A stretch of DNA of 64,000 nt from Eledone cirrhosa. Lineage: Eukaryota. The stretch lies in assembly GCA_964016885.1 (NCBI GenBank), contig OZ024742.1:241056001-241120000 (forward strand), read 5' to 3'. Positions 26,317-38,300 of this stretch are shown in pieces (the stretch's first letter is position 1; every line of letters begins with the position of its first letter). The translations under genes were made by a program, and so were the position numbers. Below the pieces are notes generated by a model, which saw nothing but the letters and a program-made list of their open reading frames with translations, was not told the DNA's origin and ran no database searches.

Positions 26317-29300
26317 CTACAGGCTTATAAACAGAGAAGGCCCAATCACTCGGGCCATTTTCGCTTCATTCACCCACCTTTCAGTAAATTTACTGGGGTG
26401 CAGTGCCTCTCTCTCCACTCTGATTCTTCTTCTAAAGTGATACTTAAAGAAGGGAATCAATTGTTGTCCGGAGAGAAAGGCATCTGTCCTCAGTCTTCTC
26501 AACCTCGTCCACTATATAACTTCTTTCACCATAGCCACCGTACAGAAGAAAACCACCTCTCTTTCGTTTTTGAAAGAAGCTGGCGGTTTGATCCTTACTA
26601 TGGGCTCGGCAGTCAACTGGATTTGTCCCATACGCGACTGCAGTTGTTCTGCATAGTTCCACAGGTCGGTTACGCCCGGGCAGTGTATAATTGCGTGCAG
26701 GACTGTTTCAATGTCCTGCGCGCATCTTGGACACGTCCTCTTGGAAGGATCCCTGCCGGGTGTCCGTGCCTGTAGATCTTGTCACGAACCAGTAGAGCTC
26801 CTCGGTAGCACTGCCAGGACAGGGACCTCTGGAAGTTGTCCATAGGTCCCGGGCGGAAAGTCCTACCAAACAGACTGGTGAGCTCATCGTCTTCGACGAC
26901 CAGAGTCTCCCGAGCACGTCGTCGCCCTTGTAACGTACAATCCCTCTATAGAATGTCGAAGTGGATATCCACTGATTGCTGCGTCCGCTTGCCAGAGGAC
27001 TGTGAGCGCCTGAGCGCATTCAATGTGCCAGGCACCCATCGTTTTCGGTCTTTTCTTGACTCAGGATTGCAGCTCCGTCAGCGAGATGAGCTGCGGGTAA
27101 GCCTGTCTCACAAACGGTTCCCACACCGGTTGGGGGTCGGTGAGGAATACCTGCAGATGCCGCAGCCTCAACGCATGTTTGCGCATCAGCCACGGCATTC
27201 CCAGCCCTCCGTTGGAAGGGTGCTAACAGCAGACGGATCTCCTCACCAGCGGAGCCTGCCTCTTCCACAGAAACTGGAAGAGCATGCGTTCCATCTTGGC
27301 GAGGTGTTCACGTGGGCAAGGCACGACAGTTAAGCGGTAGTAAATGACGGACGCTATGAAAGTGTTCGCAACCTCCGCTCGACCTTTCAAGGACAGTTTG
27401 CACTCTGTTCACTTCTGGGTGAGCGCAAACACCTCGTCCGTGACCTCGTTCCAGTTTTTCTCCACCTGGAGGTCTGGACCGAACAAAACCACGAGCAATT
27501 TCACCGGTCCGTCCGTCCAGCGTCCAACGACGCTGTCGGATGTAATCGGTTTTCCTCTCCACCTACCGAGTTGCAAACCGACAGACTTGTCCGGGTTTAG
27601 TTTTGCTCCCGTCAGCGTTTCGTATTCCTTCAGTAAGTTGCCGATCACCCCGATTTCCGAGGTGCTCGACACCATTACCGTGACGTCGTCGGCATAAGCC
27701 GACGCCGCTTTGCGGAGTCCCGGTTCTAGAGGGATGCCCTGCAACTGCTCCAATTTCCGTAGTAGTGGCTCTAGAGTCAATACATACTGAATGGAGGAGA
27801 GAGGGCACCCCTGTCGAATGGAACGCGTGATTGCGAACGGCTCCGATAGGTAGCCGTTCCCCTTGACCCTCGAGCAGATGCTGGTGTGCATCGCCTTGAT
27901 CCAGCCTCTGAACACGGGACCGAAACCGGCCGCCTTGAGAACCACTTCCAAGTATCGATGGTCGACCCTATCGAATGCCTTAGACTGATCCAAATTGATC
28001 AGAGCCCCACCGAAGCCGGGTTTACTACCCACCCTCTCTATGATGTATCGCATGAGGTAGAGGTTGTCGTGTATGGACCTGGTCGGGATTGCACACGTTT
28101 GCGCTTTCCCTACCAGGTTCATGACGAAAAGCGCCAGCCTCGTCGCCAGCACCTTGGCCAAAATCTTTAACTCTGTGTTGAGCAGATTTATGGGCCTGAA
28201 GTTGTTAATTTTGTCCCTCTTGTTCTCGTCTTTCCTGATCAGCGTTACTACGCCCTTGCCTGCAGAATTGGGATTTCTCCCGTTCTGCTGCCAAACAGCC
28301 GTAGACGGCTTCGAGGACGCCAGAAAACAAGTCCGGCATGCCTATGTAAAACTCATAGGGTAGACCATCTAGACCTGGTGACTTGCGTTTCCCGTACGCG
28401 GCCCAAAGCGTCCCGTATCTCAGTGTCCGTGATCTGTCTTTCGCAGAACTCGGCGTCCGTGTTCGAGAGACGCGGCAGGCCGTCGAGGTGTGAACTAAAG
28501 TCCATTACCCCGTTCGGCTCACCGTCGTTTTGCCCAAACAGTCGCGCAAAATGCTGCTGAACGGCCGCGCATATATGCTTGGGGTCAAATAGCACGCGTC
28601 CGTTTTGGTCTTTCAAAGACCGAATCGTGTACTTGTTGCCACTTTTCGCCTCCGCCACTCGGGCCCAGCTGACAGCTTTCGCTCCTTCGTTTCCTAGAGC
28701 ACGTGTTTTGCTTCTGACCACGCAGCCTTCGTGTTTCGCGTCGAGAACTGGTCTAGTGCCGTTCTCGACGCTAACACTCTAGCCGCGTTGCCACTTCTAA
28801 GTGCCTCCTCTGCCTTGGCTACTAGTTCTCTTTCTATTTTGTTTTTCTCTAAGGCTAACTCTCTGCTAAACTCTATCGATTCTACTCTAATTGCTTTCTT
28901 GAGAGAGTACCACCATGTATTGTTGACGATGGGTCCCGTTAACTGTTGCTTGACTAGTCTACTTATCCGTTCACTGTAAGCTTTACGTGCCGGCAACGAC
29001 ACGTTCAGCTTCCAATATCCGGATCCCTGTCTATGTATTCTATCATGGTTGACTAAGCAGACGACTAATTTGTGATCTGAGTAGGCAACCATGTGCATTC
29101 GTAGACAGCTTAACATTTCCTTGTCCCTCTCTCTAATGAAGAACCTATCTAAATACGATCTAGATGTCCCGCTACGATTTGCCCACGTCCACTGTGGTGC
29201 AGTCAGGAAATCCAGTCGATACGTATCGGCCAGTTGGAAATAGCCGATTAAAGTTTTGAGGCTGTTGCACCCTACTCTACTGGGACATGCTCCCACATAG

Positions 29301-29758
29301 TCCCATCGTGCATCTAGGATACCATTCCAGTTCCCCACTAAAAGTAAGGAGCGAGATGTTCCCAGAAAAGACTCTAGACGCTTAAAGAAGTCTGGCTGTG
29401 ATTGCGATTGACCGGTCGGGGCATAAACGGCCACCAATCTGAAGGCTACACCTCCAATACTGTTCACGTCTAGGACTACCAGTCTACCCTCCGAGTCCAA
29501 GTGTACTTGATGTACTTCGACGTCCAGGTTCTTCCGAAACATGACAGCCACTCCCCCTCCACCTCCTGGCTGACAGAGAGATGCGTAGATCTCAAAGTCG
29601 TCGAAGATGGGGGTTAGTTGCTGCATGTTGTGTATCCTGGACTAGGTGATGGCTATTACATCCATACCGTGTGACCTAAGGTCGTTTAAATGTTGGCCCT
29701 GTTTCCAGGGCATCCCTAGGCCACGCACATTCACGCTTCCAACTCGTACACTAGCCAT
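26317..29758 (-). pseudogene. Tx1-like ORF2 (AP endonuclease + RT), frameshifted
   Basis: ORF pieces 28694-29626, 28353-28721, 27409-28161 and 26317-26502. Confidence 0.85.
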
Positions 29759-29799
29759 GTTGGTGGAGAAGAGTTGGCGAAAAGGACGAAAAGGTGCAC

Positions 29800-31673
29800 T
29801 TACCTTTTCGTTTCCTGGAGATCGGGTTGTTCAATCTCCATTTCAGTTCTGGTGGGGGTGTTGGGTGGGGTGGGGAAACATTTTAATAAGACGCGGTTAA
29901 TATGTTTTTGACAGGGGTTGCCAACATCCTGCGAAAACTGTTTTTTCAATTTCTGATAGGTTTCTATTGAAACCCTTATTAGTTTTAGGTGTGGAGACGA
30001 TTCTGCTTTGACGAAAGTTTTGCCCTTGGGGTTTGGCGAGATGACCTCCATCAAACTCTTGTTGTTTGTGTTGATATTTGTGTATTGTTTTTTGTGTTTT
30101 TGTTGTGTTGTTTTAGTTTGTTGTTCGTCCGGGAATTTTCTTTTTATGGTGGGTGCTTGTGTTTGGGATGGTGTTGGTTTTGGTTTTGCTGATAGGGGGA
30201 TGTTTGACTGTGGTGTTGTTTGTGTTGTTGTTTGTGTCTGTGGTTGTGTGTTGGTGTTGGTGATTGGAGTTTTGTGGGTTTTGTGGTGTCTCTTTTTTTG
30301 GCTTTTTAGATTTCCTAGGCTCCCCTTCTTCTTCACTTAAAGAAGGAGAAGCAGCCTCATCTGTCGGTGAACAATCATCGTCAGGAGTGTGGGGTAGGGG
30401 TATGTTGTTTGGTGGTGGTGTTTCGGTGAGTGTGTGTTTGTGGTAGTGTTTGATGGAGTGGGATGAAGTGTGGCTGTGTTCTTCAGGTGTGTTGTCTGTG
30501 TTTTTTCTGTTGTTGTTGGTTGAGTGGCTGTTTGTTTTTGTGTGTTTGGTTGTTTCGTGAGTTGTTGTTGTTGTTGTGGTGGTTGTTGTTTTGGTGTTGG
30601 TAACCATGCTTTCTTTTGTATTATTTTGGTTGATCGTGTTTGTAAAGGGCAGGAGGCCTTTAGATGTGTTGTGCTACCACAGCGAAAGCAATGAAATTTA
30701 CGCCCCTCCACCGAAATGTTTATTTTGTTGTTGTCGTCGATGACGACTTTTTCGGGTATTTTGGAGATTCTCTCCGGCCTCATTTGAATCAGAATCTCCA
30801 AATCAGTACCCGCCCACCTTTGTCTAATAGACTTTCGTATCGAAAGAATCATATCAGTCTCTGGCTCTACGAAGCCAGCCAAGATCCATCAGATGTTAAA
30901 TGTTTGTTGGTATATTTTTAATTTTTATTTTTTGTGTCCTTTTTCTCATCGGTGTCACAGAATGTTTTTGGGCGAGTGCCTCGCTTTTAAACAGTACGGA
31001 AACACTTCCGTACCGTTTTCCTCGTTGGAGTTCAATATTTGCTAGAGTCTCCTTGAAGGTGGTTTCTATATCTCCTTGACTAACAAATATTGGCTTTCTC
31101 GTTGTGTTGGAGACAGTCCGAAAGGTCACTCTCCTTCGAACTGTCTCTTCTTTTATTTCGAGGGGTGAGTTAATTCTAAACCCACCCTTGTCTTCGAAAG
31201 TTACACATTTTCTCTCTTGCTGGAGCATATCTCTTGCATTGGAGATGTCAAGATTTATAAAATCTTGTTTTTGTTCACTGTTTCAGTGAAAGACATTTTT
31301 TTTGTGTGGTGTTGCTGTTGTTGTTGTTGTTGTTGTTGTTATCGCTGTTTGCCTTGGTGTTTGAAATCTCAATTTCTTGACGAGTTGAAACTTTATGTGT
31401 AGATGTATCTATGGAGTTGTTGTTCTTGTCTTTTTCGTGTGTATTTATGTTAATAGGTTTAATTCCTGTATTTTCCTGTGTGTTATTGTTATTTATCTCC
31501 GCTTCGACGGTAGAAATTTTAAAATCTTCAAGTGGTAATATTTTTTTTTCTTTAGTGACAGTAGTATCTATGACGACGTCCATAGTAGCAGAAGCAGATA
31601 TAACGTTAATATCTGCCTCTCTACCTCTTTTCTCTCTGTCTATGTTCTCTAGCGTTCTTTCCGTGTTATTCAT
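29800..31673 (-). pseudogene. Tx1-like ORF1 (CCHC knuckle), frameshifted
   Basis: ORF pieces 31275-31673, 30896-31228, 30337-30882 and 29800-30336. Confidence 0.75.
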
Positions 31674-31879
31674 GTTTTATAGTTGGCAAAATTTGATATT
31701 TTAAAACAATTTTTTAAAAATGGGATTACCATCCAGCTGACAATTCAGCTTGGGGGTTAATCTACAAAATAATATGTTTTTTCAAACAATTAGTTCGGTT
31801 TATTGCATAGAAATTAACAAAAAATCTTACCGGCGATGTTCCACACGTCAGGCAGATAAAGAGATAGATAGATATGTTT

Positions 31880-31920
<41 letters not shown>

Positions 31921-31933
31921 GAGTAATAGAGAA

Positions 31934-31990
<57 letters not shown>

Positions 31991-32239
31991 AGAGAGAAAG
32001 AGAATACTTACTGGTGTTTGTTTTTTTTGTTTCTAAAGAAAGTAAGAAAGTTATATAGATTTCTTTTTATTTAAGATAATACTTAAAACAATAAAAAGTA
32101 AGATAAAAATGAGATCAGAAAGAGCGCGTGGACGGAGGAAATTCTACATCCTCAGATGGAGAGTTTACTTCAGCTGTGTCTGCAAAGAAGCTGGCAAAAA
32201 CATTGCCCCAAACATCAACCAGCGAAAAACGCGTTATAT

Positions 32240-32340
32240 TCTTCTTCTTCTACTTCTACTACTACTACTACTACTGCTACTACTGCTACTACTGCTACTG
32301 CTGCTGATGCTGCTGCTGCTGATACTGCTGCTGCTGCTGA
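32240..32340. repeat. (CTN)n trinucleotide tract
   Basis: CTT/CTA/CTG run. Confidence 0.9.
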
Positions 32341-32559
32341 AGTCAACAGCCAGTCAGACAGTAACAAGGGGACAACCCAACTGCTATTTTGGCTGCTACT
32401 ACCACCACACCAAACTATGTGTGCGTTTGTGTGAATGTATGTCTATGTGTATTTTGTAAAGTTGTGTGTGTTTGTGTGAACACGCACACATCTACACATA
32501 CATATATATATATATGTGTGAGTGTATGTCACAGTGTATGTGTGAGTTAATTTAGACTA

Positions 32560-33075
32560 CATACAAAAATAGAGATTAATATATATTTCTTTTGGATGTT
32601 GATACCTATTCGTTTACAATATTGAAAAAAAAATGTCTTTATTCCAAAAGTTCCTCTCATACCTACAGCTGTTCCATTTGAATTGAAGAGGCTCCAGTTT
32701 CCGCCCAAACTAAGTTTTGTTATTTCAATTAACAAATCTGAGAGTCAATCCCTCAAGATAGTTAGACTTGATCTCTCTACTACATGTTTCTCCCACGGTC
32801 AACTCTATGCTGGTTGCTCACAAGTTGGAAGCAGCAACAATTTATTCATTTGGACACCAATAAAACATGACACAACGAATATCGTTTACCTTGAGGTGCT
32901 TCAAGATTGACAAATTTTCATTTCTAAATTCTATTATCATCACAATTTTGATATTTTAAAAATATAATATAGATATTTTGAAAGAATTATGAGAAAAAAA
33001 AAATCTTCTTATTTATTGTTTACTAATCTGAATAAGAGCAGCAGTAACCCGGGCAACGCCGGGTCATATACTTAT
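32560..33075 (+). mobile_element. Helitron 3' end (PIF1-type helicase C-terminus + subterminal hairpin)
   Basis: KRLQFPPKLSFVISINKSESQSL...CFSHGQLYAGCSQV...TTNIVY.EVL matches the Helitron helicase end; hairpin ACCCGG-gcaacg-CCGGGT at 33047-33064. Confidence 0.8.
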
Positions 33076-33095
33076 AATAATAAGTATATATACAT

Positions 33096-33151
<56 letters not shown>

Positions 33152-33239
33152 GTGTATGTGTATGTGTGTGTGTGTATGTGTGTATGTGTGTATGTGTGTG
33201 GCTGAGTGAAAACACACGTCATTTTTCTAAATAAAATGG

Positions 33240-33440
33240 TTTTTCTGTTTCTTTCTTTTCTCACCCTCTTTTTCTATTTCTTTTTTTATTCTTTATTCTA
33301 TCATCTGATGAAGGCCTAGCGTCCGAAACATTAACTTAATTCCCACTATATCAAACGTTAAACCAATATATATTGTTGTAAGCATTTCCAACTAGTTGCA
33401 CCTAATTTTGTTTAGCTTGGCAACCCACTTCTCTCTTTTT
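33240..33440 (+). other. Decayed pLTR-like segment with hammerhead core
   Basis: Pyrimidine-rich leader then CTGATGA(33305)-agg..cc-GAAA(33325); stems I and III weak. Confidence 0.4.
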
Positions 33441-33539
33441 AAGAGGAATAAATTATTCAGCACATTACTGATTTGCTAGCAAGTAAAATTACAGGAAAAA
33501 TAGAATATTAAGGATGAGAAGAAACATATCAGAATATGT

Positions 33540-34730
33540 AAGTTTCTTTTCATTTGTTTAGATGTGAGCACTTATGTTAAAGCTGCTGCTAGGCTATTCA
33601 TTATTGCTATATTTTGTAAGGGTGGTGAATATGTGAAGAACTTGGCAAAGTTATCTCAGCATACCACTGGGGTTGAAATATGTTAGGTAAATGAATTAGG
33701 TAATCGACAGAGTGACATTTTAAAAATTGTTTTTTGTGGTAACCGTGTGTGTACCTAGGTTTTGTAAATTTGTTGGTAAAATATGTTATGTATCTACTGG
33801 CAACCTTTAATGGTATTGCACATGGGGATACTTTGTTCAAAAGCTGGACGTTAGGAACTTGAAGAAGAGATTAAAATTATAACCAGGCAGTTAATTTTCT
33901 ATCTGAATGTATTAAAAGAAAATATAATTTTTAATTATTTGAGCGAAGTGAAATTAGTGTAAACAGGATTTCTTACGTATGATACTGTCATTAAACATGG
34001 GTCTTTAAATGTTGGGTCTTTGGATGGCATTCATTTTTGACGAATAAGAAACATTCTTGTCAAGAATTATCTGAAGTTCTGTGGAAATGTAGATTTATGT
34101 TCTTTTCGTTTGTGGATTTTATTTCACATTTGAATGATTTCAACAACAATTTATAAGGAGCCGGCAAAATACTTGCTGTTACGTTAGATAACATAAAAGC
34201 CAATGAAATCAGACTAATATTTTTCAACATGGCATTTACAAATATTTCCTTAAACTTCAAATATGCATAACTAATTTTCAAAGTCATCAGAAAACAGACA
34301 TTCAAAGGATCCAAAAGAAAATATCGAGCAGCATTGAATAAACTAGTGAAGCATTTGTAAGTTCGATTTGTTTGAAGAAACTTCAGAATTCATGAAGTGC
34401 GCTGACAGTGTATCTATAGATATAATTGTTTCTACGTTAGGCACAAGGCCAGCAATTACCCAGTGTATTACTGGTACTTTATTTTATCGACCCCGTAAGG
34501 ATGAAAGGCAAAGTTAACCTCGTTAACTTCATTATATCTATAGATGTAATGAAATTGAAGTGGATTGATTTGGATAACTTTGAATCACAACTGATTTCAT
34601 CTCAAACTTGGAGGAAAATATATTGTATTTGAAAATGACATAGGAATGCCTTTATTAATAGATATGTTCGATCAAAGCTCACTTACAACGAAACAACAAC
34701 AGTTGGTTGTAAAAAATTCAAGTGTCTTTT
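33540..34730 (+). pseudogene. Possible decayed hAT (SPIN/Buster-like) transposase remnant
   Basis: Only fragmentary similarity (e.g. WIDLDNFESQLI); interrupted by a truncated S1 SINE at 34422-34522. Confidence 0.25.
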
Positions 34731-34740
34731 GTGGCTATGA

Positions 34741-35315
34741 AAACGGAAAAGGAAGGGAAAGGAAACGGGTCTAGGGTCACAGAAGAATTGAGGGTCTTTT
34801 GTTTTTTAGAAAATATTGAGTTTGGTTAGTAACACTTATAGCACATGAAAACGCAGAAAAGGGTTTCGGGAACCTTGGAATTCTATTCTTGAAAAATGTT
34901 TTTAAAAGTATTATTACCAACATAAACATGGGAATCGTTGTTTTCAGTGATGAACTTTTCAAGTTTAATTATGTAACCTCGGCGGCTTGTCTGAGGAAGG
35001 AACCCCATGAGGTTGGGTGGCTGTTGCAGCGGGTGTCACAGGCCATCGTCCGCGGGATTGCTTTTGCCGTCTTGTTCGCGGGGCGTAGCACTTCTGCCCC
35101 TTTGCCCTAGGCCCAAAGCCCAATCCCCCTCCTCCTTCACCACTCCCTTCTCTTCTGCGACACCAAAGCTCTTGTCATCCCCTCCCCTTCCCCTTGTTTT
35201 TCTTCTTTCTTTTTCTCTTTTTTCTCTATATTTTCTTATTCATTTTTCTTTTGTTTCCTTTTCTTTTTTTATTATTGCTGTTATTATAGTTCTTCTTCTT
35301 ATTGTTATTATTATT
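34741..35315 (+). mobile_element. Second copy of the composite CRE-tail repeat
   Basis: Highly similar to 5470-6050; EPHEVGWLLQRVSQAIVRGIAFAVL. Confidence 0.7.
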
Positions 35316-38300
35316 GGCTGTCAGACAGTGAAGACGTATTTTTGGTGAACTCCACAAGGTAATGAATTTCAAGATTTAAAAAAATTATTTTAGCTGCTAT
35401 ATTTTTGGCGAAAGGATCGTAAGACTTCCATCTTTGCCCTGTGAAGGGGAAACGCTATAATATTTGGGCCTTTTGGCCAAATATTTGAACTTTGTGTATA
35501 TAGAAAAAATATCGAGAAAAAAAACATGGCCGAGCTACGCTCCCCAACGGTAAGTGTGCTATCGTGTGACAGCGGCTTAAACGTTGAGAGGGGGGATACG
35601 GCGAACAGAAAAAATTAATACCAAAAACACCACCACACACAACCTGAACAACGACAACAACAACAGCAACAGTGAGAACACGAACCTAAAAAAGATGACA
35701 GCACCAACCGCAGCAGTAACAGCAACAAACAAAAGACAGGCAACAGAAACAATGACAACAAAAGCATCGAAATTATCACCACCAACAAGAACATGAACAG
35801 CGACAGCACCAAAACTAACTGCACCGAAAACAACAACAGCGGCACAAAAAATACAGCAAACTGCAACAGCAACACCAACAAGAACAACGACAACAGCAAC
35901 AACAAGAACATTACCAACAACAAGAACACTTTCGCTGCGGCAGCAGCCAAAAAGAGGCCATGTTTCACTATGGATCTCACGTATAGAGATGAAAAGTTGG
36001 TTCAGGCCTGGAAGCTCATCAAACAAGAGCAAACCTGGGCCAACGTAACTGTGTCGGCAGAAGCTATTGAAGCAGTGGAGTGTAGAACGGTGCATTTCAG
36101 ATGCATTTCAACAGAGACAAAGAGGGCTCCTTTAATTGCCCATGCAGATATTGAAGCCGCACTGAGATGCATTAGGGATGACACCGAGTACATAGCGAGA
36201 GGCAGACAATACGCCACCATTTCGGTGCTATTTAAGTCAGAAGCCCTCGCTATGAAACATGTGATGACCCCTTGCAAAACCAGCAAGGTCATAATGTACC
36301 CCTTCCTCATGGGAAAACGAACAGCTCGTGTCCGCATTCACCAGGGCTTGACATGTGGTGGCTCCTGGGATGCGTGATTGTAGAGGGGACGGATACCGTC
36401 TCGATAGAGATTACAAGAAATGCCAGGTAGCACTGGTCTGGGGTTGACCTGGAGATACTTCTCCATTTCAGGTCCGAGAATGTAAAAGAATCCCGGACCA
36501 CATCCATCTCCAGTAACTGAGGGCAAAAAGCTGCATTGTTTTGTTTGAGGAGAAACAACCCATTTCCGATCCTTCTGCCCTCAACTACTGAAAGGTGCAA
36601 GGGGTCGAACGTCACCACTGTTGCCGACGCCGAGGAGAACACCAGCACCGGCAAAACCACCAGCAACAACACCAATGGAAACACCAACACTAACATTGAC
36701 CACCCAGGGGGGAAACGAGGAAATCTCTGCCCCCCCCCCCCCAAAAAAAAATACATACATGAACAAAAACATAAACACACACACAGACACACTTACAGAC
36801 ACAGACGCCTCAAACTTCCAGTAGTGAAGATGAAGGAAAACCAAAATCCCCCCAGAAACAAAAAAGAAAACACACAAAGAGAAAAACACCACAAAGCACA
36901 AAAACATCCACAATATAAAATGCACACACCACCAACGCAAACATCTCCCCAACAACGCCAACACCAACACCACCAAACTATTACCATCACCAAAATCCCA
37001 CAAACGCAAACAACATAAACAGGCACAAGAACAAATACTCACACAAACATCTGAAACCACAGACACCGTATACTCAACAAACACAGACAAAACCGAAACA
37101 GCACCAACAAAACCATCACCACCACAGTCACGCAAACAAATAAAATCACACCAACAAAACATACAAAACTTCATGCTCGTGAGAAGGGCTAACAAGGAAC
37201 TGATGGCCCTCGTAGCACGAAGTAAAGAAATTCAAACAGAGAGGGAGATTTTTGAATCGAGCACATTTCGCATGACAGAAGATTTGTTTCTAATGCGAAT
37301 GTCGTTCGATTCCTACAAAGGAATTCAAGAGAGCTTTCCTCGGGACGTGGGAATCCCGAACGTGAAACCCACATCGAGACTTTTAAAGGAGTTCCCAAAA
37401 GAAACCTCACCAACTATGGAGGTCGAACCACCCGACCTTCACAAGACCCCTGGGGGTAGGGGTTGGGGGTGGGGGGTAAGTAAACCTTTCCTCTCTTTTT
37501 TAGCCTGCCAACATGGCCATATTAAGAGTAGGAAGTTTAAATGTTAATGGCCTGGGGTCGCCCTGGAAACAGGGTCACCTGCTCAACGACCTCAGGTCTC
37601 TAGAAATGGATGTTATTGGCGTCAGAGAGACCAGTATTTCCGACACACACGCACTAGCCCCCATTTTCGACGACTTCGTATCTGTTAGTCGGCCGGGGTT
37701 AGGAGATGGGGTGGCAGTGCTGTTTAGGAAAGGTTTGGATCTCGAGGTAAGATCGTTCTTCCGGTAAGTTGGTGGTCCTGGACGTGAACAGTAGCGAAGG
37801 TGGTGCCTTTAGACTTGTGACCGTCTACGCTCCTACCGGAGCCGGAAGGTTGGACATCTTTAGAGGCCTGGAAGCCTTTTCTGGGTATGTGTCGCCTTTT
37901 ACTGTTAGCGGGGAACTGGAACGGGATCATAGACACACGCTGGGATTGTGTGGGAGTAGCTGATAGGAGCGGAGTGGGTGGTGCAAAAGCCTCAAGTACC
38001 TGATCAACCAGTTCCAACTGTCTGGCAGGTACCGACTAGAATTCCCTAATGCGCCTGTGTGGACTTGGACCAACTGCATAGGATCATCTAGATCGTATAT
38101 AGACAGGATTTTCTTTAGGAAAATAGATAGAAATCGTGTAGGCTGTCCACGTTTTAAAATGGTTGCCTATTCAGATCACAAGTTTGTGATCTGCATGGTC
38201 GATCTAGATAAGTCGCGTTGGTTAGGACCTGGTTACTGGAAGCTGAAAATATCGTTTCCGGCACGTAAGGATTACAGGGACCGGGTCAACAATTTAGTTA

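Larger units (their letters stand above)
26092..31857 (-). mobile_element. Near full-length decayed Tx1-like LINE
   Basis: ORF1 with CFRCGSTTHLKASC; ORF2 from ATG 29758 (MASVRVGSVNVRGL) with APE motifs VYAP, GNWN, SYLDR, SDH and RT motifs LDQSKAFDRVDH, RQGCPLS, YADD; polyA signal; (GATA)n on both flanks. Confidence 0.9.

Noticed and set aside
37476-37503. GTAAGT...pyrimidine...TAG mini-intron between Tx1 ORF1 and ORF2
   Set aside because: Only 28 nt, and the paralogous junction near 29760-29805 keeps GGTAAGT but has no acceptor AG.
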